Position numbers and translations under genes: made by a program
Shown here: positions 31,021 to 40,336 of the stretch, in pieces
Layout of the letters: every line of letters starts with the position of its first letter
How positions within the stretch are numbered: the first letter of the stretch is position 1
Source: Kofleriaceae bacterium
Lineage (GTDB): Bacteria > Myxococcota_A > Polyangia > Haliangiales > Haliangiaceae
Direction: 5' to 3'
DNA: 64,000 bases
Assembly (NCBI GenBank): GCA_965215005.1
Contig: CBDCCZ010000060.1
Span: 64,001 to 128,000 of the forward strand
Notes under the pieces: model-generated
Database searches by the model: none
What the model saw: only the letters and a program-made list of their open reading frames with translations
Told to the model about the DNA's origin: nothing

Positions 31021-31521
31021 TCAGCGATCAGAGGCCGCGCCGAGGCGACGCAGCACGCGGGGCGCATAAAACCCGCGCAGAACCAAGTGCTTTTCACGCG
31101 GGTTTCCGTGCAGCCAGGCGACGCCGCCTTTTTTCAGCGCTAGCCGCTCGCCGTGCGCGGTACCGCCGGTGAGCAGTAGCGACAAGAGCTCGCTGAGCCA
31201 AGGCTCGTGCCCGACGAGCCCTATGGAGGCGTCGGCAGGATGCTCGGCAATGAGTGCCAATAGCGCAGTCGTCGGGGCGGCGGCCAATAGCGCCGTCTCT
31301 TCGAAGCTCTCCGGACACACGGGGCGCATCAGCTCCGCGGTTTGCACCGCACGCAGCCACGGACTGTGCAGAACCTTATCGAAGGTGAGCGCGAGATGCG
31401 CCATACCCCGCACACCGAGCCGAAACCGATTGACGCCTTTGCCCGTGAGCGGTCGCTCCGCATCGTCGAGCTCCTGGGTTCGGGCAGCGGCGATGGCATG
31501 ACGGATGAGCACGACCTCCAT
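31021..31521 (-). CDS. sixA: SixA-type histidine phosphatase
   Basis: LIRHA, DAERPLT, SPWLRAVQTA and VGHEP motifs. Confidence 0.88.
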   Translation of the reverse strand: MEVVLIRHAIAAARTQELDDAERPLTGKGVNRFRLGVRGMAHLALTFDKVLHSPWLRAVQTAELMRPVCPESFEETALLAAAPTTALLALIAEHPADASIGLVGHEPWLSELLSLLLTGGTAHGERLALKKGGVAWLHGNPREKHLVLRGFYAPRVLRRLGAASDR

Positions 31522-31607
31522 GGCAGCGAGCAGACCAGACACGCGCCCTGGGCGCAATGGTGCCGCGCATTGACATCGCACAGACGTCGTGCGTTGATGC
31601 TCGGCAA

Positions 31608-32081
31608 ATGCGCGTCTGCACTGCATTGCTATTAGCGTCCATTGTGGTTGGTTGCGGCGGCGCCGACGCCACAGAGACGGCCGCGCCTGCGCAGCCTGCG
31701 CCGGCGGAAGCTGTCGCGCCTGCCGAGGCTTCCGCAGCGGCGGAGGAGGGCGAGCAGCATCACGCCTTCACCGGGGCGGTCGACGAATTCCACGAGGTAT
31801 TGGCGCCGCTGTGGCATGCGGAAGCAGGTCCGGGACGAGTCGATGCGACCTGCGCGAACACCAATGAGTTGTCGCGCCGTGCCGATGCGATTTCAGATGC
31901 CGATGCACCTGCGGGCGCGCGCGATCCCATCGCGTTCAAGAGCCGCGCCGCGACATTGGTGGCGGCCGTGAGCGCGCTGCAAGTCGTCTGCGATGGTGAT
32001 CGTGCGGAGTTCGACGCTCGCTTCACGGCGGTGCACGATGCGTTTCACGATCTTACCGAAGCTCTCGGCGAGGCGCACTGA
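31608..32081 (+). CDS. Lipoprotein with His-containing helical bundle
   Basis: Lipobox VVGC; FHEVLAPLWH and VHDAFH segments; two Cys residues. Confidence 0.7.
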   Translation: MRVCTALLLASIVVGCGGADATETAAPAQPAPAEAVAPAEASAAAEEGEQHHAFTGAVDEFHEVLAPLWHAEAGPGRVDATCANTNELSRRADAISDADAPAGARDPIAFKSRAATLVAAVSALQVVCDGDRAEFDARFTAVHDAFHDLTEALGEAH

Positions 32082-32090
32082 GCGGCTCGT

Positions 32091-32236
32091 GGTTCACGGC
32101 AGAAGTGGTGAACCGCTAGAAAGCAGCGATCGATGAGGGAGACGCCGAAAGCGGGGCATGAGCAGCATCTCTCGCCCGCCCTCGCCGCCGAAGGGGCGGG
32201 CGACAAACGCGTCACGACTCTTGCGGCGGCGTGCTA
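32091..32236 (+). repeat. Dispersed ~145-nt structured intergenic element, copy A (diverged)
   Basis: Collinear with copies B and C; shares the 5' hairpin, GGGAGACGCCGAA core, GC hairpin and 3' GCGGCGGCGTRCTA. Confidence 0.75.
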
Positions 32237-32266
32237 AGTCGCGCAGCGTACGCGGCAAAGGCTTGC

Positions 32267-32893
32267 ATGGACCATCTGCGCGAAGAGTATCGCGGCACAC
32301 CGCTCGTCGAAGACGGCGTTGCCGCTGATCCCATTGAGCAGTTCCGTCGTTGGTTTGGCGACGCTGCATCGTCGGTCCGGCTGGCCAACGCGATGACTCT
32401 CGCCACGGTCGATGCCGACGGGCGTGTATCGGCCAGAGTCGTGCTGCTCAAGAGCTACGATGAGCGCGGCTTCGTTTTCTACACCAACTACGACAGCCGC
32501 AAGGGGCGGGCGATCGCGCATCATCCGGCGGTCGCGCTGTGCTTCTTTTGGCCCGAGCTCGACCGCCAGATACGTATCGAGGGAGACGCCGAGCGCGTCG
32601 CGACTGCCGAGTCCGACCAATATTTCGGCAGCCGACCCGTAACCAGCAACGTCAGCGCGATCGCTTCGCAGCAGAGCCGCGTGGTGGCCAGCCGCAACGA
32701 GCTCGAAGAACGGGTGGCGGCTCTTACCCGCGAGCTTGGCGATGCGGAGCCGCAGCGGCCGGAGCACTGGGGCGGCTATCGCGTCGTGCCGGTCTCCATT
32801 GAGCTGTGGCAGGGGCGACAGGATCGGCTGCATGACCGGCTGCGCTACCTTCGCGTTAGCGACGGCTGGCGCATCGAGCGATTGGCTCCCTGA
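32267..32893 (+). CDS. pdxH: Pyridoxamine 5'-phosphate oxidase
   Basis: ARVVLLK, FYTNYDSRKG, HWGGY and ELWQGRQDRLHDR motifs. Confidence 0.95.
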   Translation: MDHLREEYRGTPLVEDGVAADPIEQFRRWFGDAASSVRLANAMTLATVDADGRVSARVVLLKSYDERGFVFYTNYDSRKGRAIAHHPAVALCFFWPELDRQIRIEGDAERVATAESDQYFGSRPVTSNVSAIASQQSRVVASRNELEERVAALTRELGDAEPQRPEHWGGYRVVPVSIELWQGRQDRLHDRLRYLRVSDGWRIERLAP

Positions 32894-32907
32894 AGAAACT
32901 GCGGTTG

Positions 32908-33054
32908 TTAATTTAGAGTGGGGAGGCGTCGCTGCCGGCGCTTTTCGTCGGCTCGCCGCTCGAGTGGCTGCAGCACGCCCACCTGAAACAGCACGATCAT
33001 CGTCCCGACGGTGTATTCCGCAATCGTACTGGGAACTTTCCAAAGCTTCGTCAT
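32908..33054 (-). CDS. Putative 48-aa small protein
   Basis: RBS GGAGAG 6 nt before ATG; hydrophobic core followed by a basic tail. Confidence 0.45.
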   Translation of the reverse strand: MTKLWKVPSTIAEYTVGTMIVLFQVGVLQPLERRADEKRRQRRLPTLN

Positions 33055-33259
33055 TGTGTTCTCTCCGCCAAAAAACCAACCCGCCCGATGACGCGATTCT
33101 GCCCCTACCTGCTGGCATTCTGCACAGTCGTGGGGGAGGCGCAAATCGAATTCGTCTGTGGTTTGGTGGCGTGTGAGACTAACTACGCGTCTGTGACGCG
33201 ATAGCAGAGCTCCCGACGCATTGCGTTGTGGAAAGCTGCACTAGCGATAGCAAACGTCG

Positions 33260-34768
33260 TTACGAGACCAGCGTATCCACGCGCCGCGCGCCGTCCCGTT
33301 CTTCCTCTTCCAGCAGCACCACTGGAACCGCTTCTTCCCGTCCGGGACTCCAGTGGAGCAGCTCTCCGGTAGTGCCGCGAATGTGCAGAAACGTGTACTG
33401 GACGCGTTCGCGTGGCAGGAGCTCGTCGTGAGTGAACACGGCGATCCAGGTGCCGGTATTGAAGTACCAGCCCGCTGCGCGCTCGGGTCCCCGCAACCGG
33501 CAGATGAGCTCGTCGTGGCTGTGACCGAAGGTGACGATGGGCACGGCAAGAAGCTCAGCGATACGCTGCGCAGCGCGTCGAGGCGGCTTGGATGCGGGCG
33601 CGGGAGGCGGCCGCAGCAGTGCCCAGCCGGCACCCGCGAACGCCGTAAGCAGCAGCAGGAAGTTGAGCATCAAAAACAGCAGCGCCTTGAGCGTGAAGCC
33701 GCTATCGAGCGTGTTGATGGCGTAGAAGCCGGTGAACCAGAGAGTCGCTGCGAGCACGGCGACGAGCAAACCGAAGCCGACGACTTTACCGATTTGCAAC
33801 ATGACGCCACGCGTTACGATGGCGGCATTGCCGCGCACGTGCTTGAGCTCATCGATCTGCCACAGCGCTTCGTCGAGCTCATTCGCGGCCGCTAGCTCGG
33901 CCATATTGGTCCGATGCGCCTGCGCCAGTACCTCGGTGTTGCTGGTGGACTTCGCAAGCCGGCGGAGAACTTGGAAGAAGAACGGCAGCTGTCCCGTGGC
34001 CACGCGTGCAAGCAGGCGCGGCTTGTTCAATAGGAGCCAGCGGAAGTAGCGCAGGTTGGAGCGCGAGCTGGGCACGATGAACGTGATGTTGCCGAAGTCG
34101 TTGTAGAGGTAGCGCTGAAAGAACGTTCCCATCGGCAGATCCCGTTCGAGCTGATCGCTACATCCGGGATGGTCGACGATGCGGCCGCGAAGATAGTACT
34201 GAAACGAGTTCTCGACGTCGTATTGACAGCCGTGCTCGATCCACACTCGCCCGGGCTCGTAGTGAAACCAGTCCTCGAAGATCATTCGGTCGAGGACGCT
34301 CTGCGCTGCTGGCGCGAGCTGGCGAGCTTTCTCGGCAATCGCGCCGGCGATAACCTCCCGCACTGGTTGCCACTGTACTTCCTGGTCGTGGTTGCCAGGA
34401 GTCATCACGACTGTATGGCCCGCCACAAGCAGTCTCGCGAGTCCCCGTACGAACCGTGGATGGCCAGCCAGAATTTCAGCCACTAGGTGAGCGGCATGCG
34501 GTGGGTCGAGCAGCGGACCATAGCGGCGATCGCGCGCCGAGGCACCAGGATCCGGTGGGTCGGGCTCGATGCGAAGCAGGTCGAAGGTGTCCCCGTTGAG
34601 GACGAGCTTTACAGTGACGCCCTGGCGCTCGGCTTCGGTGCAGAGCCAGCGGCAGAAGTGTTCGAAGTCCTCGTCATAGAAGAACGCCTCGAGCCGCGCA
34701 TACCGGCCCGTTGCCGGGTTCTTACCGCGGCCGAGATGAAGGTCGCTTACAACGACGATGTCGTGCAC
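33260..34768 (-). CDS. Calcineurin-like metallophosphoesterase with two inserted TM helices
   Basis: SDLHLG, NGDTFD, GNHD, EHG, FGHSH and NTGTW motifs. Confidence 0.85.
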   Translation of the reverse strand: MHDIVVVSDLHLGRGKNPATGRYARLEAFFYDEDFEHFCRWLCTEAERQGVTVKLVLNGDTFDLLRIEPDPPDPGASARDRRYGPLLDPPHAAHLVAEILAGHPRFVRGLARLLVAGHTVVMTPGNHDQEVQWQPVREVIAGAIAEKARQLAPAAQSVLDRMIFEDWFHYEPGRVWIEHGCQYDVENSFQYYLRGRIVDHPGCSDQLERDLPMGTFFQRYLYNDFGNITFIVPSSRSNLRYFRWLLLNKPRLLARVATGQLPFFFQVLRRLAKSTSNTEVLAQAHRTNMAELAAANELDEALWQIDELKHVRGNAAIVTRGVMLQIGKVVGFGLLVAVLAATLWFTGFYAINTLDSGFTLKALLFLMLNFLLLLTAFAGAGWALLRPPPAPASKPPRRAAQRIAELLAVPIVTFGHSHDELICRLRGPERAAGWYFNTGTWIAVFTHDELLPRERVQYTFLHIRGTTGELLHWSPGREEAVPVVLLEEEERDGARRVDTLVS

Positions 34769-34855
34769 GTAGAAAGGAGAATGGTACCAGGCGATGAGTG
34801 AAAAGTTGCAAGCAGACGCAGCACTGCGCGACTTCTGCGATGGTACCCTCAGCGA

Positions 34856-35593
34856 GTGACTGCCGACGAGCTACGGGAAGCGCTTCTCGAGGTGATGGAA
34901 GGCAAGGATCACTGGGCGTGGCCGCTGTTCACCGCTGGAAACGTAGCGGCCGATCGCTTGCACATACATTTCGAGCAAGAGTACGAGACGTACGTGCGCG
35001 ACTTCCCGGTTTTCTTGGGCTGGGCGTATGTGCAATGTCCCGTGCCGGAGGTGCGTCGCGAGCTAGCTGAGAATCTCTACGAAGAAGAGACCGGCGGATT
35101 GGTGGCTGGACGGCCGCACCCCGAGCTGTTTCTAGAGTATCCGCGGGGGCTCGGGATGGACCTGGCCCGCTTCAAGCAAGTGGTGCTGTTGCCGGCGGCT
35201 CGCGACTACCGCGCGGTGTTAGACGACTGCGTGCAAAATCGCGGCTGGGAAGTGGCGGCAGCGGTCGCAACGCTCTTCATCGAAGGCACCAAGTTCGAGC
35301 GTGGAGAGATTGACCCGGCCGCGAGTAAGCGACCAACTCCGCCGCTGGAAGAGCATCCGTTGGTGCGCCACTACGGCTTGCCGCTCGGGCATCTGGCGCT
35401 CACGAAGGCGCATCGTCAGGTCGAAGGGGACCATCGCGCGGCGGCGTGGCGAATCCTTCTCGATCACGTGAGCGAGCCGGCGCGACCGCAGGTGGTTTCC
35501 GCAATGCGAGAAGCGCGCGAGGCGTGGAAGCGCTATCGCGACGACGTGGCCGCGGCCTGCGCGCTGACGCGGGCACAGGTTGCGCATCGCTGA
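34856..35593 (+). CDS. TenA/PqqC/CADD-like heme-oxygenase-fold diiron protein
   Basis: ENLYEEETG..HPELF, FIEG and HRQVEGDH candidate metal ligands. Confidence 0.78.
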   Translation: MTADELREALLEVMEGKDHWAWPLFTAGNVAADRLHIHFEQEYETYVRDFPVFLGWAYVQCPVPEVRRELAENLYEEETGGLVAGRPHPELFLEYPRGLGMDLARFKQVVLLPAARDYRAVLDDCVQNRGWEVAAAVATLFIEGTKFERGEIDPAASKRPTPPLEEHPLVRHYGLPLGHLALTKAHRQVEGDHRAAAWRILLDHVSEPARPQVVSAMREAREAWKRYRDDVAAACALTRAQVAHR

Positions 35594-35626
35594 TAGCGAG
35601 GCGTCGTCGACCGTCAGGAGCTGGCA

Positions 35627-36340
35627 GTGAGCCCTGCCCGCCATCGCGGGCGTCACCCCGGCGATGAGGTGCTTTTCAGTCCCGCGCGCGTCGATGACTT
35701 GCGCGCAGCGACGAGCGATCTGTCTTGGCTCCTGGAGCGCAAGTACTCGCCGGTCGCCGCGCTGAAGCTGGTAGGAGATCGGTTGACGCTTCGCGAGCGC
35801 CAGCGCAAGGCCGTGCTGCGCGCCGCCTGCGCCGCGACCGCTGAGCGCGACCGTCGCGAGCGGCGTGTCGGCTTTGCCGAGCTGAGCGGATGCGAGCTGG
35901 CGATTGATGGTTTCAACGTGATCGTCGCGGTCGAAGCCGCGCTTTGCGGTGGGGTCGTCGTGATCGGCCGTGATGGCGTGTGTCGCGATATGTCTAGCGT
36001 GCACGGTAGCTATCGCCGAATCGAAGAGACTGAACGTGCGGCGGAGCTCGTGGGAGAGGCGTTGGCCGCCGCGGGGCCGACCGCGGTGCGGTGGTATCTC
36101 GACCAGCCCGTCTCCAACAGCGGCCGCCTCAAGGCGCTGCTCGCTAGCGTCGCCAACGCGCGCGGATGGCATTGGGACGTGCGAGTGGTCGCGAGCCCGG
36201 ATCGAGCTCTCGTGGAAGAGGCGCGCGCGGTGGTGGCCACCGGGGACGCATGGATTCTCGATCACTGCGCGCGCTGGATTGATCTGGCCGGGCAGGTGAT
36301 CGCAACGCTTCCCGCGGTTTGGCTCGTTGAGCTCAGGTAG
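35627..36340 (+). CDS. DUF434 protein with PIN-like (DUF5616-type) C-terminal domain
   Basis: DLSWLLERKY..ALKLVGDR, IDGFNV, DGVCRDMS and LDQPVSNSG motifs. Confidence 0.8.
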   Translation: MSPARHRGRHPGDEVLFSPARVDDLRAATSDLSWLLERKYSPVAALKLVGDRLTLRERQRKAVLRAACAATAERDRRERRVGFAELSGCELAIDGFNVIVAVEAALCGGVVVIGRDGVCRDMSSVHGSYRRIEETERAAELVGEALAAAGPTAVRWYLDQPVSNSGRLKALLASVANARGWHWDVRVVASPDRALVEEARAVVATGDAWILDHCARWIDLAGQVIATLPAVWLVELR

Positions 36341-36539
36341 CTTCTTTTCGTGCTGATGGCTCGGCTATTGCTCGTGTTGCGCAGTGCAGCAACCGTGTTG
36401 CCGCCTGCATGAGTAACGGACTATTGGCCCCGCTTGCGCACGACTGGTTGCACAGACTCCGTCACGGGCGACGCTGTAGGTTTCGCGTCACCTTCGTGCG
36501 TTATTCAACACTTAAAGGGACGGCGCACAGGCTCGGCGT

Positions 36540-36555
36540 TGGACGTCTGCTTGCA
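36540..36555 (+). promoter_or_regulatory. Possible sigma54 -24/-12 promoter
   Basis: TGGACGTCTGCTTGCA has GG-N10-GC spacing, about 40 nt upstream of the GH25 start. Confidence 0.4.
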
Positions 36556-36593
36556 CAGGGGGAGCGCGAACTCGAACCAAGCGAGGAACCCTA

Positions 36594-37868
36594 GTGAGCA
36601 CTGCGATTCGTATTGCCTTTGTTGCCAGCTTCGCCGCTCTTGCGAGCGGCTGCGTCATGGAAGAAGAGCCACAGCCCGACGATGCCGAGCTCGGGGAGAG
36701 CTACGCGCAGGGGCGGGTCTGCGGCCGCGGCCCCACGGTTCAAGGCGTGGATGTGTCGTATTACCAAGGGCGGGTGGATTGGGATCGCGTGGCAGGCGCG
36801 GGCATCGGTTTTGGATTTGCGCGGGTAAGCGACGGCACCAGGTTCATCGACCCTCGGTTTGGCGAGAACTGGCGCGGGATGAGGCGCGTTGGGATCCTGC
36901 GCGGGGCGTATCAGTTCTTCCGCCCGGGACAAGACGCGCGAGCTCAAGCGCGCATCATGACCGACGTGCTCGGCAAGTTGCGCGCTGGCGACTTGCCTGC
37001 GGTTCTAGACATCGAAACCGCAGATGGATACTCCAGCGCGAGCATTCGCGCGGGGATGCGGATTTGGCTGCGCGAGGTAGAAGCCGCGACCGGCAAGAAG
37101 CCCATCATCTATACCTCGTGGGGCTTTTGGAACAGCCTGTCGGGCATGTCTGAGTTTGGCGACTACCCGCTTTGGGTCGCTAACTACACCTCGCTCTGTC
37201 CGCTGGTGCCAACCCAAACCTGGAGCGGGTGGGATATGTGGCAGTACACGGACACTGGCCGGGTTCCTGGAGTTACTGGCAACACGGACCGCAACGTCTG
37301 GAACGGCACGCTCGATGAGCTAAAAGCGTTTGCCAACGCGCGCGATTTGGAGCCCATCGAGGTCTATTGGTCGCGGCAGGCAGATGGCAGCTATCATCTG
37401 CGTGCGTTGACGCCGCTGGGCGTGGCCCGGGTCGAATATTACGTGGATGGTTACCTCATCGGGCAAGCGAGTCGTGAGCAGGGTGAGAATTATCCCGCGG
37501 ACTACCGTTTCAACTCGAATGGCCTAGGCCGCTTCTTCGAAGTCGTCGGCTACGATGCGTCGAACGTGGTGGTCGCCCGTGGCATTGGCCAAATCGACGT
37601 TACGGCTGACACCGGCGTGTACATCAAGCAGATGGGGCGCGGCCTCTATGAGATTGGGCTCGAACGCGCACCGGATGCCGTGGGCGCCATCGAGGTCGCG
37701 GCCGACGGGATCGTTCTGACCGACGGCGTGAGCGGCAAGCGGCGCTCCACCCGTAAGGCAGTTCGCACCCGGTTCAACAGCCTGGGCGAGCGTGACTTCG
37801 CGATCTCCACCTACAACGCCGACGGCTCGCTGCGGGGCACGCTGCATCGCAGTTTTACTTTAGAGTAA
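36594..37868 (+). CDS. GH25 lysozyme lipoprotein with C-terminal Ig-like domains
   Basis: Lipobox ASGC; GVDVSYYQG, GAYQFF, LDIE and WQYTDTG..DRN motifs. Confidence 0.9.
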   Translation: MSTAIRIAFVASFAALASGCVMEEEPQPDDAELGESYAQGRVCGRGPTVQGVDVSYYQGRVDWDRVAGAGIGFGFARVSDGTRFIDPRFGENWRGMRRVGILRGAYQFFRPGQDARAQARIMTDVLGKLRAGDLPAVLDIETADGYSSASIRAGMRIWLREVEAATGKKPIIYTSWGFWNSLSGMSEFGDYPLWVANYTSLCPLVPTQTWSGWDMWQYTDTGRVPGVTGNTDRNVWNGTLDELKAFANARDLEPIEVYWSRQADGSYHLRALTPLGVARVEYYVDGYLIGQASREQGENYPADYRFNSNGLGRFFEVVGYDASNVVVARGIGQIDVTADTGVYIKQMGRGLYEIGLERAPDAVGAIEVAADGIVLTDGVSGKRRSTRKAVRTRFNSLGERDFAISTYNADGSLRGTLHRSFTLE

Positions 37869-37961
37869 ATCGCGCTGCACCCTCTAAAGTGACCGCACTG
37901 TGCCCTTCGCGAGTCTCCGATTTGCGAAGGGCCTCGGCGCTTCCAATCTCAGTGGCGGTCA

Positions 37962-38936
37962 CTACAGCGCGCCGCTGGTGATGCGGCGCAGCGTGTCTTC
38001 GTCGATGTTGCTGCCGGATAGGATCACGCCGACTCGCTTACCGGCCAGGCGATCGGCGAGCTTGCACAGCCCCGCGAGTCCTGCGGCGCCAGCGCCCTCC
38101 GCGAGGTTATGAGTGGTGCGCAAATACAGCCGTACGGCATCCGCGAGCTCGGCTTCGGTCACGGTGACGAAGTCGGTGAGGCCGATGCGCAACGCCTCGA
38201 ACGTCATGTCATAACTGCGACGCGTCGCGAGGCCGTCGGCGAAGGTGTCGGCATGGTCGTGGACGATGGCGCTGCCCGCGTGCCAGCTATCGTGAATCGC
38301 GGCGGCGCCGGCTGCCTGCACGCCATACACTGGCAGCTCGGGACAGCACTCGCGGACCACGGTGAGGGCCCCAACCGCCTGCGAACCACCGCCCACGGCG
38401 ACGACCATTGCCTCCATGCTCGGTTCTTGCTCGAGCATTTCGAGGGTGATGGTGGCCGCGCCGGCGATGATGCGCGCATCGTTGGTGGAGTGCACCATCG
38501 TGAGGCCGCGCTCAGCGACCAACTTCGCGGCAACGGCCAGCGATTCATCGTAATCGCGGCCAGCCTCGATCACCTCGGCGCCATAGCCGCGCATGGCCTC
38601 ATTCTTCTCGGGATTGTTTCCGTGGGGAACGCAGATCGTGACGTCGATGCCAAGTAGCTCGCCCGCCCACGCCAGCCCTAGGCCGTGATTGCCGCGGGTG
38701 GCGCCAATGATTCCCCGTGACTGCTCGTCATCGTCGAGCATGGTCATCGCCGCAAGCGCGTTGCGGACCTTGAAGGCATTGGTCGGCTGATGGTTCTCGT
38801 GCTTGACCAACACCGAGATGTCGTGGCCAACGGCGTCATCGAGCGGCGCATAGCGACGAAGCGGCGTTGGCGGTAGCTGCGGCTTGATGCGCTCGTGCGC
38901 GGCCAAGACGTCGGCGAAGGCAAGTGGCCAGTTCAT
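37962..38936 (-). CDS. Threonine/serine dehydratase (PLP fold II)
   Basis: [26 protein letters not shown] and SGSNID motifs. Confidence 0.9.
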   Translation of the reverse strand: MNWPLAFADVLAAHERIKPQLPPTPLRRYAPLDDAVGHDISVLVKHENHQPTNAFKVRNALAAMTMLDDDEQSRGIIGATRGNHGLGLAWAGELLGIDVTICVPHGNNPEKNEAMRGYGAEVIEAGRDYDESLAVAAKLVAERGLTMVHSTNDARIIAGAATITLEMLEQEPSMEAMVVAVGGGSQAVGALTVVRECCPELPVYGVQAAGAAAIHDSWHAGSAIVHDHADTFADGLATRRSYDMTFEALRIGLTDFVTVTEAELADAVRLYLRTTHNLAEGAGAAGLAGLCKLADRLAGKRVGVILSGSNIDEDTLRRITSGAL

Positions 38937-39085
38937 CGCGAAACAGTACTCGATGGCGGTTTTGAGGGGGCGCGGGAAAAACCGCCTGCACCTCTTCAGG
39001 CCCGGCCGCAACAGCCGTTCTGCTGGTCATGGAGCAGGGGATGTGGGGATGCGGATCAGACCCGCTTGCTACTCATGGACGGACG

Positions 39086-40336
39086 ATGCGGCTCTTGCAC
39101 ACGTCTGACTGGCACCTGGGGCACACGCTTCACGATTTGCCGCGCGAGCTCGAGCACGCGCGGTTTCTCGCTTGGCTGCTCGATACGCTCGAGACCGAAG
39201 CGATCGATGCGCTGGTGGTCACCGGCGATATCTTCGACACCGCCAATCCGCCGGCGGCCGCGCAGCGAGCCTATTACGAGTTCCTTGCGGCGCTGCGCGC
39301 GCGCATGCCGGCGCTCGAGGTCGTCATCATCGGTGGCAACCATGACTCGGCGGCGCGGCTGGATGCGCCGCGGCCACTGCTAGCGGCGCAGCGTATTCAC
39401 GTGGTGGGTGGACTACCGCGTCTCGCTGGTGGCGCGCTCGATCTCGAGCGCATGATCGTGCCGCTGCGCGATGCCGCGGGTGAGGTGGCAGCGGTGGTGG
39501 CGGCGGTGCCGTTCTTGCGACCGGCAGACCTGCCGCGGGTGGGCGATGGTCCGACGGGCGACCCGCTGATCGAAGGAGTTCGCGCGGTGTATGCGGAGGT
39601 GATGGCGGCTGCCCGAGCCCGTGCGCCGCAGGTGCCACTCATCGTGACTGGCCACTGTTACATGGTGGGCACCGCGCTCTCGCAGCTGAGCGAGCGACGC
39701 ATTCTCGGCGGTCACCAGCACGCGTTGCCTGCCGATATCTTCGCAGATGACGTCAGCTACGCCGCGTTGGGTCATTTGCACAAGGCGCAGCGGGTAGGCC
39801 GTGAGCACGTGCGCTATGCTGGCTCGCCGATTCCGTTGGCCACCAGTGAGGCGCGCTATCGCCACCAGGTGCTCGTCGTCGAGCTGGCGGGCACAGGCCC
39901 GGCCGAAATTCGTTCCATCGAAGTGCCCCGCGCGATCGATATCGTACGCGTGCCTGCAAGCGGGGCAGCATCATTGCCCGAGGTGCGTGCGGCGCTCGCC
40001 GAGCTGCCGCGCGGCAACGGCCGCGATCCGTTGCTGCGGCCGTATCTCGAGGTCGAGGTGCGCCTCGAGCGACCTGAGCCGCGGTTGCGACAGCTGATCG
40101 AAGAGGCTCTGGAGGGTGCGTGGCCGCGGCTGGTCAAGCTCGCTGTTTGCTACACCGGCGATGGCCAAGGGCTGGGTGAGCGCTTCGTCGGTCGCGAGCT
40201 CAAAGAGCTCGATCCGGTGGAGGTGTTCGAGCGCCGTTATCGGCGCAGTCACCAAGGTGAGCCGCCGCCCCGGCTCCTCGAGGCGTTCTACGAGATGTTG
40301 GTGGTTGCTCAGGATGAGGAGCAGGTATGCGGTTAG
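39086..40336 (+). CDS. sbcD: Nuclease SbcCD subunit D
   Basis: LLHTSDWHLG, TGDIFD, GNHDS and ALGHLH motifs. Confidence 0.94.
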   Translation: MRLLHTSDWHLGHTLHDLPRELEHARFLAWLLDTLETEAIDALVVTGDIFDTANPPAAAQRAYYEFLAALRARMPALEVVIIGGNHDSAARLDAPRPLLAAQRIHVVGGLPRLAGGALDLERMIVPLRDAAGEVAAVVAAVPFLRPADLPRVGDGPTGDPLIEGVRAVYAEVMAAARARAPQVPLIVTGHCYMVGTALSQLSERRILGGHQHALPADIFADDVSYAALGHLHKAQRVGREHVRYAGSPIPLATSEARYRHQVLVVELAGTGPAEIRSIEVPRAIDIVRVPASGAASLPEVRAALAELPRGNGRDPLLRPYLEVEVRLERPEPRLRQLIEEALEGAWPRLVKLAVCYTGDGQGLGERFVGRELKELDPVEVFERRYRRSHQGEPPPRLLEAFYEMLVVAQDEEQVCG

